From Acidobacteriota bacterium (GTDB lineage Bacteria > Acidobacteriota > Vicinamibacteria > Marinacidobacterales > Marinacidobacteraceae): 64,000 bases of DNA. A program made the position numbers and the translations under genes. The DNA lies in assembly GCA_022822745.1 (NCBI GenBank), contig JAJEAO010000005.1:17831-81830 (forward strand), read 5' to 3'. Under the pieces are notes generated by a model. It ran no database searches, had not been told where the DNA came from, and worked only from the letters and a program-made list of their open reading frames with translations. The number at the start of each line of letters is the position of its first letter. Positions within the stretch are counted from its first letter, which is position 1. Below, one piece after another: positions 9,601-18,327 of this stretch.

Positions 9601-9932
9601 AAATGGATCCTGTGGACGCCATGGAGTACCACTTTCCCACCGTCAAGGGCGAGAATCGGATCCGGCGCTACGAGGCCTCGCAACTCCACACAGGTGGCGA
9701 CCTCGTCGAAACTCTCCTGGAGGGCGTGGAGGAGGGATCGTTTCCCGCCACGGATGCCCATGAGGACTGCAGGTTCTGCGACTACAAGGAGAGCTGCGGC
9801 GTTCAGACCGACAAGCGGGGTAATGCGGTTGGCGGCATCCCCGATTGGACGAAACGCAACAAGACATCCGTCGCCGCGCTGGAGCGGTTGCGGAACGTGC
9901 GCGACTGGGACAAGAAGAAGACAGCTTCGTGA
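6633..9932 (+). CDS. addB: AddB-like helicase-nuclease subunit (RecB-type PD-(D/E)xK nuclease with C-terminal Cys cluster)
   Basis: 1099 aa. Degenerate P-loop-like GRTRGEGKE near the N-terminus. C-terminus has VDRVDDHG...LLVVDYKTGSDYKY...EDCRFCDYKESCG. Exact start uncertain: GTG at 6633, or GTG near 6765. Confidence 0.7.
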   Translation: MCGAPGWACWREGEAGLEAGRIPSRHVVAARGEAQGADPREGGSVTQLGVRPDSGRSRSEPASSTPGVLVQELDRIARETGRARKILIGRTRGEGKELLRQVALRGRSWTGFEVETLRPFASRIAAPRLARDGLAVMDSVDEHALVERALDCVIPRFPDFSELAEKTGFREAVRHSVAALRNAGVRPDAVEPRGGDSQGFDKTSLVTQVLAAYESLMREANRTDTAGILRRATRSLDGGERPRWLADARIFLLPGLPDRGLERGFLAALQGLGAEVLRTDAVEGLNVPDGVLWEAAPPESWGSWLHAVDRCEAGARSDRIELFRAASVSDELRGVLRRALDMGARWDQVEIVAADPWSYGSALHAVAEAKEIPVNFAVGLPVERTRPGRVVSTWFRWIESGFQESLFRALVEAGDVTPPGKTRSRGLYGPSLARALRRLRIGWGRERTLERIEQGLEGVSALRPKPTESEAKFEERRKWERRKWERRKLMALRDLLRPVLEATPATDGQASPSEVASGVKSLLKRATSGTATDGMARQRLLGQLDRIEATLTRPTDFASACAIVQARLQIRIPAPGTKGLARWSTAPGAIYLTDRRHGGATGRRFTFIVGLHARSVVGSLHEDPLLGDEERRRIGEGELPLASDRADEARFDFAQLFARLRGTVVVSYPCWDPVQSRKLAPAPEMLQALRLRECDAALGFEKLEKAIGVAESRAPRQEITADLDRSDAWLRALTREPGRFRDGLAAVSRSFPQLGAGLAVARALERDEPSVHTGFLGVHSPPLPYQDVSGWKFSASGLETLGTCPRRFLFKYIIKAYPPDDPEFDPGRWLNALKKGGLLHRVFEKTLKKARCRGIEPLDSQFEILAQKVLALEGQKELRNTPSPSQAVHRWQMEELQEDARSFVEMIRKREPQWLKLEWPFGRDTDLKIQAGRRSVLVRGSVDRVDDHGSHLLVVDYKTGSDYKYQGETKTHDGGRRLQHFLYARVVADEMDPVDAMEYHFPTVKGENRIRRYEASQLHTGGDLVETLLEGVEEGSFPATDAHEDCRFCDYKESCGVQTDKRGNAVGGIPDWTKRNKTSVAALERLRNVRDWDKKKTAS
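8058..8102 (+). repeat. In-frame tandem 15-bp repeat (cgcaggaagtgggag, 2 full copies + 1 partial) encoding ERRKWERRKWERRKL inside the addB-like gene
   Basis: Direct tandem copies read from the sequence. Confidence 0.6.
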
Positions 9933-12900
9933 GCGACGAGCGATCCGGACTCCGGTCGGTGACTGAGCGGTCCGTCACGCCTCGACGCCCAACGGCCCGG
10001 TACAGCGAACCCGGTGAGTCTCGCACCGACGTAGTCCCGGATGGGGAGGCGCGACGGCGCATCCGCAAGAACCTGGAGCGCAACTTCCTCGTGGAGGCGG
10101 GGGCGGGCTCAGGCAAGACGAAGTCGCTGGTGGACCGCATGGTGGCTCTGGTGAGCAGCGGCGCCTGTCAGGTGGAGGACATCGCAGCGGTTACCTTCAC
10201 GCGCATGGCTGCAGCGGAACTCCGCCAGCGCTTCCAGGAGGAACTGGAGAAGAAAATCGAGTGCGCGCACAAGCGCTCCCAAGCGGATGATCGGAAGCGC
10301 CTCGAACGAGCGCTCCGGAACATCCACCAGGCGTTTCTCGGAACCATCCACGCCTTCTGCGCCAGGCTGCTGCGCGAGCGACTGGTGGAGGCAGGGCTGG
10401 CTCCGGATTTCCGGGAACTGGAGGAGACCGAAGCGGAGCGCTCGAAGCAGGTGTTCTGGAACGACTTCCTGGAGAAGCTGGCGGTGAATGAGGATCCCGT
10501 TCTGCTCAAGCTCAAGCGCTTGGGGATCCGCCCCAGCACGCTTCAGGGAGCCTTCGGCAGCTTGGTCGAGAATCCGGACGTGGATTTCGTCGCCGAGAGG
10601 GTCGAGCGGCCGGATCCGGATGATGTCGCGGCGCTACGGGCCGAATTCGATGCTCTCCTCTACCGGGCAGAGGTGATGATGGAGGGCCTGCAGCCCAAGG
10701 AAGGGTGGAAGTCCCTTGGACAGGGATTCCGCACGGCGCTGTATTGGCACCGGTCGCCGAACTGGAAGGATCCGGCGGTCTTCTTTGAGGTCGTTGCCAA
10801 GTTTCACAGGATCAGAGAGAAGGAGACTGGGAAAATCCTGACGCTGAAACGGTGGGCCCGCACTCGCTCCGGCCAAAAAGAGGCGAAGAAGCTGGCCGAG
10901 GATTCCCAGGCCTTCGGGTGTAAGGCGGACAAACTGCTACGACAGTGGTGGGCTTACCGATATCCGGTGGCGGTGGATCTGGCCGGCAGGGCGGCGGAAG
11001 AGTACGCGTACGAGCGGAAGGCTCGGGGCGAGGTCACGTTCGACGATTTGCTCGTTTTCTCCACCGAGCTGCTTCGCAAGAACGACGAGGCGCGCCGCGA
11101 TCTGGGGCGCCGCTACCCGCGGATCCTCGTGGACGAGTTCCAGGACACCGATCCGCTGCAGGCCGAGATCCTGCTTCTCCTGTCCAGCGACCCCGAGTCG
11201 GGTGACGACTGGAGGAGAGTCACTCCCCGGCCCGGTTCGCTCTTCGTCGTCGGTGATCCCAAGCAGAGCATCTACCGATTCCGCCGCGCCGACATCTCGC
11301 TCTACGAGATGGTGAAGCGCCGCTTCAAGAAGTTCGGCGAGGTCCTGCGCCTCGAAGCGAACTTCCGCTCGCTGCCGGACTTCGAGAAACTGGTGGAGGG
11401 CGTCTTCAACGATGGGCAGCACTTCCCGAGCGCGAGTTCAGACCGCCAGGCCTCGTTTGCGCCGCTGCGGGCCCAGATGCAAGGGCGCGGTCTGCTGGCC
11501 GCCTACCGGGTTCAGGGCGCGAACCAGGACGATGTCGCCGAGGACGATGCCGCCCGCATCGCCTCTGAGATTTCGCGGCGGGTTCGATCGGGAGAGCGTC
11601 GGCCCGGCGCGTTCATGATCCTGACCGGGCGACGCAAGTTCCTGTCGGTTTATGTTCGAGCGCTCGAGAGGCGCAACCTCCCGGTCGAGGTGTCGGGCGC
11701 GGGCGTGGGTTTCGAGGACGAGTCGCGGGCGTTTCTGACGCTCTTCCGGTGTCTGGCGGACCCCCAGCACGAAGTGCACGTTCTTTCGGTGTTGACTGGG
11801 CCCTTCTTTGGCATGACCCTCGACCGCATCGTGCGGTACAGGGACAGCGGTGGCTCGCTTGTCGCCGATTGCCGGCCGGAGGGCGACTGCGAGGTCGCAG
11901 AGGCGATCGGGAGTCTCCACCGGTGGTGGTGTCTTGCGCGCCGCGAGCCCGCGGACATCACGGCCGAGAGGCTCGTGGAGAAGATCGGCCTCTTCCCCCT
12001 CGCGGCGGCGGCGCCCTTGGGAGGGATGCGTGCCGGGACTCTGGCGTACCTGCTGGACGCCGTGCGGGACCGGGCGCGAGCGGGCGATTCCTCGCTCGCG
12101 GGCGCCGTGGACGCCATGGAGACAGCGCTCGAAAACAAGGAAGCCGAACCGTCGTTGATCCCGACGCAGCCCGATTGCGTGCGCGTCCTGAATCTGCACC
12201 GCGCCAAGGGTCTCGAAGCTGACGTGGTCTTCCTGGCCGCGCCGTTTGGCGCCTCCGATCCCGATCCGCGGATGCACGTGTCGCGCCGTGAAAAGGGCAG
12301 CCCCGAAGGCCATCTGGCCGTCGGACTCAAGGTCCGATTTTCGTGGGAGACCATCGCGCAGCCCCTCGACTGGGAGGAGAAGAAGCGCAAGGAGGTGGAG
12401 TTCGCGAAGGCGGAACAGATCCGGCTGCTCTATGTCGCGGCGACGCGCGCAAGGCACGAACTCTGGATCGCGTGCCGCCCCGCCGAGATGTCCTGGCAGT
12501 CGAGGCCGTCACCGTGGGCGGATGTGGAGGAATGGGTGGTGGAGAGGGCCGGCAAGGACCGAGAGGCGGACTCGTCGTGCCACTGCGTTGTCCTGGACGA
12601 ACTGCCGAAGGACTGCGTGCCCAAGCCGGCCCGCCTGGAACCCGGGGAGGGTCTCACCGGGAGGATCAGGGCTGCCAAGGCGGGGGTGCGTCGGAGCCGC
12701 AAGGCGACCTACGCCGTGGAGAAGGTCACGGACCTGGCGAAACAGAACCGGCCGGAGGGAGAGGTCAACGTCTCCACGGAGCCGAGGGAGGCCGATACGG
12801 ACGACAAGGCTCACGCGCCGCTCGATCCCGGAACCAGGGGACGCGAATGGGGCACCGTAGTGCACGAGGTGCTTGCCGAGGCGGGCGAGGGGGTCGAAAG

Positions 12901-13333
12901 GGAAGCGCTGGAAGCGTTCGCCCGCGCCCGCCTCGTCGAGCGCGAGCGCCCGCTGGATCGGACCGGAGCGCCGACCGAGCTGGCCGCCCTCCTGGATCTG
13001 GTGGAGCGGGTGCGCGAGATGGACATTTGGAAGCGCGCCATGGCCAGCAAGGAACGCCACACCGAAATGCCCTTCGCCGTGCACCGGCCGCGCCCCGATG
13101 GCGGCCCCGGGGTTCTCGAAGGCGTGATCGACCTCGTCTTCCGGGAAGGGGACCACTGGGTGGTGGCCGACTACAAGACCGACCGTGGCGACGACCCCGG
13201 TTTTCTCGCCAGGACGGGCAGGCACCGCGCGCAGGTGGACCTCTACGCGGAATGCTGGGAACAACTCACCGGCGAAGTCGTCGGCGAGCGGGCGCTGGTT
13301 TACACCTCGCAGGGAAGGACCAGCACCTGGTGA
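9929..13333 (+). CDS. addA: AddA-like UvrD-family helicase with C-terminal RecB-type nuclease domain
   Basis: Walker A GAGSGKT, motif II ILVDEFQDTDPLQ, C-terminal VIDLVFREGDHWVVADYKTD (PD-(D/E)xK). Proposed GTG start overlaps the addB-like stop (GTGA). The track ORF opens at 9845, but that would overlap addB by 88 nt. Confidence 0.75.
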   Translation: MSDERSGLRSVTERSVTPRRPTARYSEPGESRTDVVPDGEARRRIRKNLERNFLVEAGAGSGKTKSLVDRMVALVSSGACQVEDIAAVTFTRMAAAELRQRFQEELEKKIECAHKRSQADDRKRLERALRNIHQAFLGTIHAFCARLLRERLVEAGLAPDFRELEETEAERSKQVFWNDFLEKLAVNEDPVLLKLKRLGIRPSTLQGAFGSLVENPDVDFVAERVERPDPDDVAALRAEFDALLYRAEVMMEGLQPKEGWKSLGQGFRTALYWHRSPNWKDPAVFFEVVAKFHRIREKETGKILTLKRWARTRSGQKEAKKLAEDSQAFGCKADKLLRQWWAYRYPVAVDLAGRAAEEYAYERKARGEVTFDDLLVFSTELLRKNDEARRDLGRRYPRILVDEFQDTDPLQAEILLLLSSDPESGDDWRRVTPRPGSLFVVGDPKQSIYRFRRADISLYEMVKRRFKKFGEVLRLEANFRSLPDFEKLVEGVFNDGQHFPSASSDRQASFAPLRAQMQGRGLLAAYRVQGANQDDVAEDDAARIASEISRRVRSGERRPGAFMILTGRRKFLSVYVRALERRNLPVEVSGAGVGFEDESRAFLTLFRCLADPQHEVHVLSVLTGPFFGMTLDRIVRYRDSGGSLVADCRPEGDCEVAEAIGSLHRWWCLARREPADITAERLVEKIGLFPLAAAAPLGGMRAGTLAYLLDAVRDRARAGDSSLAGAVDAMETALENKEAEPSLIPTQPDCVRVLNLHRAKGLEADVVFLAAPFGASDPDPRMHVSRREKGSPEGHLAVGLKVRFSWETIAQPLDWEEKKRKEVEFAKAEQIRLLYVAATRARHELWIACRPAEMSWQSRPSPWADVEEWVVERAGKDREADSSCHCVVLDELPKDCVPKPARLEPGEGLTGRIRAAKAGVRRSRKATYAVEKVTDLAKQNRPEGEVNVSTEPREADTDDKAHAPLDPGTRGREWGTVVHEVLAEAGEGVEREALEAFARARLVERERPLDRTGAPTELAALLDLVERVREMDIWKRAMASKERHTEMPFAVHRPRPDGGPGVLEGVIDLVFREGDHWVVADYKTDRGDDPGFLARTGRHRAQVDLYAECWEQLTGEVVGERALVYTSQGRTSTW

Positions 13334-13421
13334 AGCGAAGGCGTACGCGCCCGATCCTCCGACGCTCCTCGCCTCTCGCCGCTCGCCACCGATCCGGGCG
13401 GCGCCCCGGGAGGAGGCCGGA

Positions 13422-13943
13422 ATGAGGCGCTGTCTCGAAGCCTGCGGCGGAACACCGGTGCTTGGCGCGACCGGAGTCGCGACCCTGATCCTTCTCGTGG
13501 TCGGGTTTCCGGCCCTGCCGATCGGCGGAGAGATGCTCGATGTCCGGGGGGCCTACACCCATTCGGAGGCGCTCGCTGCGCTCGAAGGCTACGGCGAGGC
13601 CGGTCGGCGCGTCTATTTCTGGGCGAGCGTGACCCTGGACACGCTGCTCCCGGTCCTCTACGCCAGCTTCCTGGCCGGACTCCTCTACCGGTTCCGGCCC
13701 GTGGAACGGCTGTGGGGCCTCGCCTTCCTTCCGGTCGCGGCGGGACTGGTTGACCTGGGCGAGAACATCCAGATCCTCCTCATGCTTGCCCGGTATCCCG
13801 ACATCTCGGCGGGACAGGTGGCCGTCGCATCGCTCTTCACCTCGGCCAAGGGGGCCGCGGTGCTGGTCTGCCTGGGGCTCGCGCTCGCGTTCGCGCTCGT
13901 CGCAGGCGTTCGCCGGCTGCGGGCCGGAAGCCGGGGTTCGTAA
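13422..13943 (+). CDS. small integral membrane protein, unknown function
   Basis: ATG preceded by AGGAGG at the right spacing; ~4 hydrophobic segments. The in-frame upstream extension from 13185 is judged non-coding. Confidence 0.5.
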   Translation: MRRCLEACGGTPVLGATGVATLILLVVGFPALPIGGEMLDVRGAYTHSEALAALEGYGEAGRRVYFWASVTLDTLLPVLYASFLAGLLYRFRPVERLWGLAFLPVAAGLVDLGENIQILLMLARYPDISAGQVAVASLFTSAKGAAVLVCLGLALAFALVAGVRRLRAGSRGS

Positions 13944-14081
13944 CCGTGGTCGCGTGCCGGGCAGGGCCGCTACCGGGAGAACCGGCCCGGCGCGCCGGCA
14001 GGGGCCGCGCTGGCGGCGGCGGGAGGAACGCGATGCCGGGTGGGGGGCCCGCGGGTGGACCGACCAGAGCCGCACCGGCGG

Positions 14082-14510
14082 CTACCCCTCCCCGACGACC
14101 GCTTCCGCTTCGATTTCGACCAGATACTCCTCGCCGATGAGATGGGCGAAGACGAGGGTGCACGCGGGACGGGTCGCCGCGAAGGCCTCGCCGTGGACCC
14201 GGGCGACAGCTTCCCAGTCGGCGCCCGGCTTGACGTAGATCCGGGTGCGGACGACATCCTCGAGCGTGCCGCCGAGGGCTTCGATCGCGGCCCGAACCTT
14301 CCCGAGGGCGTAGCGGGCCTGGGCGCCGGCGTCGCCGAGGTGAACCGGGCCATCGGGGCCGGTGGCCGTCGTGCCGGAAACGAGGATGCGGTTTCCGGCG
14401 CGCACGGCGCGGGAGTAGGCGAAGTCGTCCTCCCAGGACACGCCGCTTCCCACCCGACGGCGCTCGGCATGGCGCTCTGTCATCGCTTCCTCCTGGAGGA
14501 TCTGCTTCAT
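14082..14510 (-). CDS. RidA/YjgF-family reactive-intermediate deaminase
   Basis: 142 aa with Rid-family blocks (ILVSGTTA, RTRIYV). ATGA overlap with the stop of the upstream gene. Confidence 0.8.
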   Translation of the reverse strand: MKQILQEEAMTERHAERRRVGSGVSWEDDFAYSRAVRAGNRILVSGTTATGPDGPVHLGDAGAQARYALGKVRAAIEALGGTLEDVVRTRIYVKPGADWEAVARVHGEAFAATRPACTLVFAHLIGEEYLVEIEAEAVVGEG

Positions 14511-15541
14511 CGGCGCTCCGCTCCCGGGTGCTGGCTCAGGTCCCCGGTCGCGGTCAGGTAGGGCGGCCGCCGGTACTCGTCGCCGCAGTCCCCCGGGATC
14601 GGGTCGAGTTCAGAGGCGGCGTCCTCGAGTTCGGCGAGCGCTCTCCTGTCGAGCCGCAGCGACGCGAGCCGCCGGTTGTCGTGGAGGTGATCGGATCTGC
14701 CCGGCCGCGCTCCCAAGATGACGCCGGCGACGCCGGGCTGTTCGAGCGGGAAGCGCGCCGCCACGTTCGCGATCGACAGGCCGCGCCGGTCGGCCACCTG
14801 CCGGGCGACGCGGAGCACTCCCTGAAACCGCTCCCAGCCGCCGGCGACGGCGATGAACCGCCGGTACTTCGCCTGCGACCAGGTGAGCCCGTACGTCAGA
14901 CGCGGGTCGAAGGCGCACAGCCACCGGTCGGTGAGCAGGCCACCGGCGAGCGAACCGTAGGCGAGGAGCCGGACGCCGTGGGTCTCGCAGACCAGACGCA
15001 TCGCTCCGGCCGCGCGACGGTCGAGCAGCGAGAACGAGACCTGGTTCGAGACCAGCGGAAATCCGGACCGGAGCGCGAGGTCGAAGTGGGCGGCGTCGAA
15101 GTTCGTGACCCCGAGCTGGCCGATCAGCCCGTCGTCCCGCAGGCGCGTCAGGTGTTCGAGGCACTTGCGCCACGCCGGATCCTCGTAGCGCCAGGCGTGG
15201 AATTGCAGGAGGTCCAGCCGGTCGGTCCCGATCCGCTCGCGGGACCGATCCACTGCCGCTCGCACCGCGTCCATCGAGGAAACGCCGGGGTCCGCGACCC
15301 ACTTGGTCAGGATCCGCGCCTCGGGATGGCGACGGAGCACTCTCCCCGCGATGATCTCGGCGCTCCCGTAGTGGTCGGCGACATCGAAGGTCGTGAATCC
15401 CGCCTCCACCATCGGTTCGAGGGCATCGGCAGCCCGCTCCGGATCCAGCAGAGCGCCGTCCTTTTCCTGATCGGCGACCTGCCAGAGCCCAGTCAGGATC
15501 CGCGAGATCCGCAGCTCCGGCGCCAGTTCGATCGTCTCCAC
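14507..15541 (-). CDS. aldo/keto reductase family oxidoreductase
   Basis: TTFDVADHYGSAEIIAGRVL and the overall AKR pattern. GTG at 15541 is preferred over ATG at 15586, which would overlap the permease gene by 37 nt. Confidence 0.8.
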   Translation of the reverse strand: METIELAPELRISRILTGLWQVADQEKDGALLDPERAADALEPMVEAGFTTFDVADHYGSAEIIAGRVLRRHPEARILTKWVADPGVSSMDAVRAAVDRSRERIGTDRLDLLQFHAWRYEDPAWRKCLEHLTRLRDDGLIGQLGVTNFDAAHFDLALRSGFPLVSNQVSFSLLDRRAAGAMRLVCETHGVRLLAYGSLAGGLLTDRWLCAFDPRLTYGLTWSQAKYRRFIAVAGGWERFQGVLRVARQVADRRGLSIANVAARFPLEQPGVAGVILGARPGRSDHLHDNRRLASLRLDRRALAELEDAASELDPIPGDCGDEYRRPPYLTATGDLSQHPGAERR

Positions 15542-15548
15542 CGGCGCG

Positions 15549-17039
15549 TCACCCCGGGGGCAGGGTGGAGAACAACTTCTCGGCATCCACGCGCTGCCGA
15601 AGCCGGCGGTAGCGGGTGAAGAAGATGGACGAGGCCACCCCCATGACCAGCAGCCAGACCCAGGTGGAGTGGAAGTACCAGGCGGGAACCTCGGAGTTCA
15701 GGTCGCGCACGGTGTGAAGCACGAGGAAGAGTCCGAGGAGAGCGGCCCCGGCCCCGGCCACGAGCCGCTGGACCGGGGGTGACAGGAGCGTCATCCGCTG
15801 GGCGAGCGCCGGGTTGCGGCGGGGCAGCCAGAGCACGGAGAGGCACATCAGGCCGAAGTTGACCAGCATCGAGGTCACGAGGATGTCGATGCCGAGGAAG
15901 AAGTCGCCGGCGAGATGGCTCCCGAGGATCCCCACCGTGGCCATCCCGCCGCTCGCGAGGATGGCGACCCAGGGCGTCGCGAAGCGGGGGTGGATCGCGG
16001 CGGCGCTACGGGGGAACACGCCGTCCTCGGCCCAGGCGAACATGAGCCGCGAGACGGCGAGCAGCATCGCCGGGAGGTCGTTGATGAGCGCGACCGCCGC
16101 CGCGAGCACGATGGCCGCGGTCCCCACCGGAGGAAGGAGCACGCCGAGCAGCCCGGGGGCGGTCACGTCGCGGACCTGCGCCTCCGCCGCGACGTACTGC
16201 CAGGGGACGGCGTGGAAGACGGCCGCGGTGAACAGCATGTAGAAGCCGCCCACCGAGACGATGGCGATCCCGATGGCGAGCGGAATGTTGCGGCGCGGGT
16301 TCTTTGCCTCGCCGCCGGCCTGTGCGATGGAATCGAACCCGATGAATGTGGCGAACAGCAGCACCGAGGCGGCGAGCAGGGGGACGAGCCCCAGCGGTGT
16401 CTCGGGCGTCGCGGGAACGGCGCCGCCGCCGGTGGAACCCAGCGCGGCAGCGAAGTCGGCGTGATCGAACGCGAACCCGGCGACGATCACGACCCCGCCC
16501 AGCAGGAACATCAGCGCCATCATCGGGAGGAGCGTCCGCTCGTAGAGCTTCAGTCCCCGGATGTTCACGAGGACGAAGGTCCAGAGGAAGGCGAGCGAGA
16601 TCGTGAGGCGCACCGCCCCGGTCTCGAGCAGCGCGGCCAGTCCGTCCATGCCGAGCGTCAGGACGAAGTCGCGAAGGAACGGGACGATGAGATACGAGAC
16701 GACTCCGATGGCGATGGAGAGGCCGAACCACTGCGAGAAGCTGGCCGCGAAACCCCAGAACGGGCTCAGTGCCCGGCTCGCGTACACGTAGCTGCCGCCC
16801 GCGCGGGGCATCGCCGCGCCGAGGGAGGCGTAGGCGAGCGCGGCGAGGAGCGCCGGGACCGCCGCGAGCGCGTAGGCGCCGAGGACATGGGGGCCGATCC
16901 CGGGAACGCTGCGACTGAGCGTGAACGGCATCACGTTGATCGCGGCCCCGAGCATGGAACAGATGCCGGTGGCCGCCAGCCCGGCGAGGCCGAGCGTCCG
17001 GGTGAGGCCGGATCGGTTCGCGGGATCGGAGGTCATCAA
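15549..17039 (-). CDS. APC-superfamily amino acid permease
   Basis: 496 aa, ~12 predicted TM segments, N-terminal GLAGLAATGICSMLGAAINVMPF block. Confidence 0.85.
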   Translation of the reverse strand: MMTSDPANRSGLTRTLGLAGLAATGICSMLGAAINVMPFTLSRSVPGIGPHVLGAYALAAVPALLAALAYASLGAAMPRAGGSYVYASRALSPFWGFAASFSQWFGLSIAIGVVSYLIVPFLRDFVLTLGMDGLAALLETGAVRLTISLAFLWTFVLVNIRGLKLYERTLLPMMALMFLLGGVVIVAGFAFDHADFAAALGSTGGGAVPATPETPLGLVPLLAASVLLFATFIGFDSIAQAGGEAKNPRRNIPLAIGIAIVSVGGFYMLFTAAVFHAVPWQYVAAEAQVRDVTAPGLLGVLLPPVGTAAIVLAAAVALINDLPAMLLAVSRLMFAWAEDGVFPRSAAAIHPRFATPWVAILASGGMATVGILGSHLAGDFFLGIDILVTSMLVNFGLMCLSVLWLPRRNPALAQRMTLLSPPVQRLVAGAGAALLGLFLVLHTVRDLNSEVPAWYFHSTWVWLLVMGVASSIFFTRYRRLRQRVDAEKLFSTLPPG

Positions 17040-17282
17040 AGGAGGGGGGGAGGCTGTGGCAGGGCTCGACTCGGGCGAGTGCCCGGGCGATTATCCCCGT
17101 CCTCGGATCTCCGCGTCGGGGGCCGCATCCGCTTCGGCGACGGCGGCACCGGGTCAGATGGATCGAGTGAGGATGATCGTTGAGCGCCAGGATCCGGGCG
17201 CGGCGCGTAAGCCAGAAGAGGCTCGATCCGCTTGGAGGATCCACGGCTCCGCAAACTGGCGTGAGCCTGCTCCGCGGGAGCT

Positions 17283-17324
17283 TGAGGTTGCAGGGACATA
17301 GCGGATACGCTATAAATCGTCGGT
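17283..17324 (+). promoter_or_regulatory. Candidate sigma-70-type promoter (TTGCAG-N17-TATAAA) with an embedded palindrome TAGCG-GATA-CGCTA (17299..17312) just upstream of the higB-like GTG. Probable autoregulatory operator and possibly a leaderless transcript.
   Basis: Hexamers and the perfect 5+4+5 palindrome read directly from the sequence; it is an AT-rich island in GC-rich context. Confidence 0.4.
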
Positions 17325-17646
17325 GAGCTGGACTGTCGAGACCGTGCCTGCCGTCGTTTCCGAACTCGAGGCCTTGCCAACTGCGTTGCGCGCCAAGATG
17401 GTTCGGCTGTTCGAAGTGGTGGAGAATGTCGGAATCGAGGGCCTGCGCGCACCGCATGCCCGGCACCTCGAAGGCAGGCTGTGGGAAGTTCGGGTGCGGG
17501 CCGACCGGGCCATCGCACGAGGAATCTACGTGACGGCAGCAGGCCGACGGTTGGTCGTGCTGCACGTCTTCGCGAAGAAATCGCGCAAGACGCCGCTCCG
17601 TGCGCTTGTAACCGCCCGGCAGCGAATGAGGCAGGTGACGACATGA
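17323..17646 (+). CDS. higB: type II toxin, RelE/ParE superfamily, Gp49-like HigB
   Basis: 107 aa with conserved W-x-V...ELEALP...RAK...LHVFAKKSRKTP. Stop overlaps the antitoxin start (ATGA). Confidence 0.7.
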   Translation: MSWTVETVPAVVSELEALPTALRAKMVRLFEVVENVGIEGLRAPHARHLEGRLWEVRVRADRAIARGIYVTAAGRRLVVLHVFAKKSRKTPLRALVTARQRMRQVTT

Positions 17647-17927
17647 CGAAACTGAGAGATCTGAAGGAGCGCTTCATGCGGGACCCTGAGTTCCGCGAGG
17701 AGTATGCGCGCGCCGACGAGGACTACACGCTCGTCGAGGCCCTCGTCCGGGCTCGCCAGGCGGCGAACCTGACGCAGGCAGCTCTGGCTCGACGCCTGGG
17801 CACGACCCAGTCGGCGGTCGCGCGACTCGAGGGGGGCAGGGTATCGCCTTCCGTTGCCACGCTTCGCCGCTACGCCGAGGCAACGGACACTCGGCTGATT
17901 GTGGATTTCGTGTCGCGCGGCGGCTGA
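17643..17927 (+). CDS. higA: HTH XRE-family antitoxin (HigA-like)
   Basis: 94 aa; HTH LTQAALARRLGTTQSAVARLEGG; 4-nt overlap with the toxin gene. Confidence 0.75.
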   Translation: MTKLRDLKERFMRDPEFREEYARADEDYTLVEALVRARQAANLTQAALARRLGTTQSAVARLEGGRVSPSVATLRRYAEATDTRLIVDFVSRGG

Positions 17928-17997
17928 TTCTCGCCGGGGGGCGCCGGCAAGTGGCGCGCCGGCCGGGGGGAGCGCCGGCAAGTGGCGCGCCCGGAGG

Positions 17998-18309
17998 TCA
18001 GACGGTGGCGGTGGCCTTGGCGAGTCTCCGGGCGAGGTGTTCCTCGACCGCCGCGCAGGGGACGAACATCGGCTTATGATCGAGCTCGATGCGAATGGAG
18101 CAGCCCCCGCTCCCGGTCTCCGCGATCTCCCAGATCCCGGCGAACTCGCCGAGCGGCGTCGGCAACGAGAACTCCCCGAATCCGGGCCCCGCGCCGGGAC
18201 CAACGTCCCCGGTGATCGTGCCCCCGAATCGTGCGAAGTCGGCGCGGAGCGCGGGAAGGAGTCGGTCCGGCGTCACCGAGAGCCGGAAGTCGAATTCGCA
18301 CGCAGCCAT
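17998..18309 (-). CDS. hypothetical protein
   Basis: 103-aa ORF with strong GC3 bias, 18 bp downstream of the M20 peptidase gene on the same strand. No recognisable motif. Confidence 0.4.
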   Translation of the reverse strand: MAACEFDFRLSVTPDRLLPALRADFARFGGTITGDVGPGAGPGFGEFSLPTPLGEFAGIWEIAETGSGGCSIRIELDHKPMFVPCAAVEEHLARRLAKATATV

Positions 18310-18327
18310 GGAACGGGAACCGGTGCG

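Noticed and set aside
13185-13421. Upstream extension of the small membrane protein ORF
   Set aside because: It overlaps the addA-like 3-prime end; AGGAGG + ATG at 13422 gives a sensible membrane protein.
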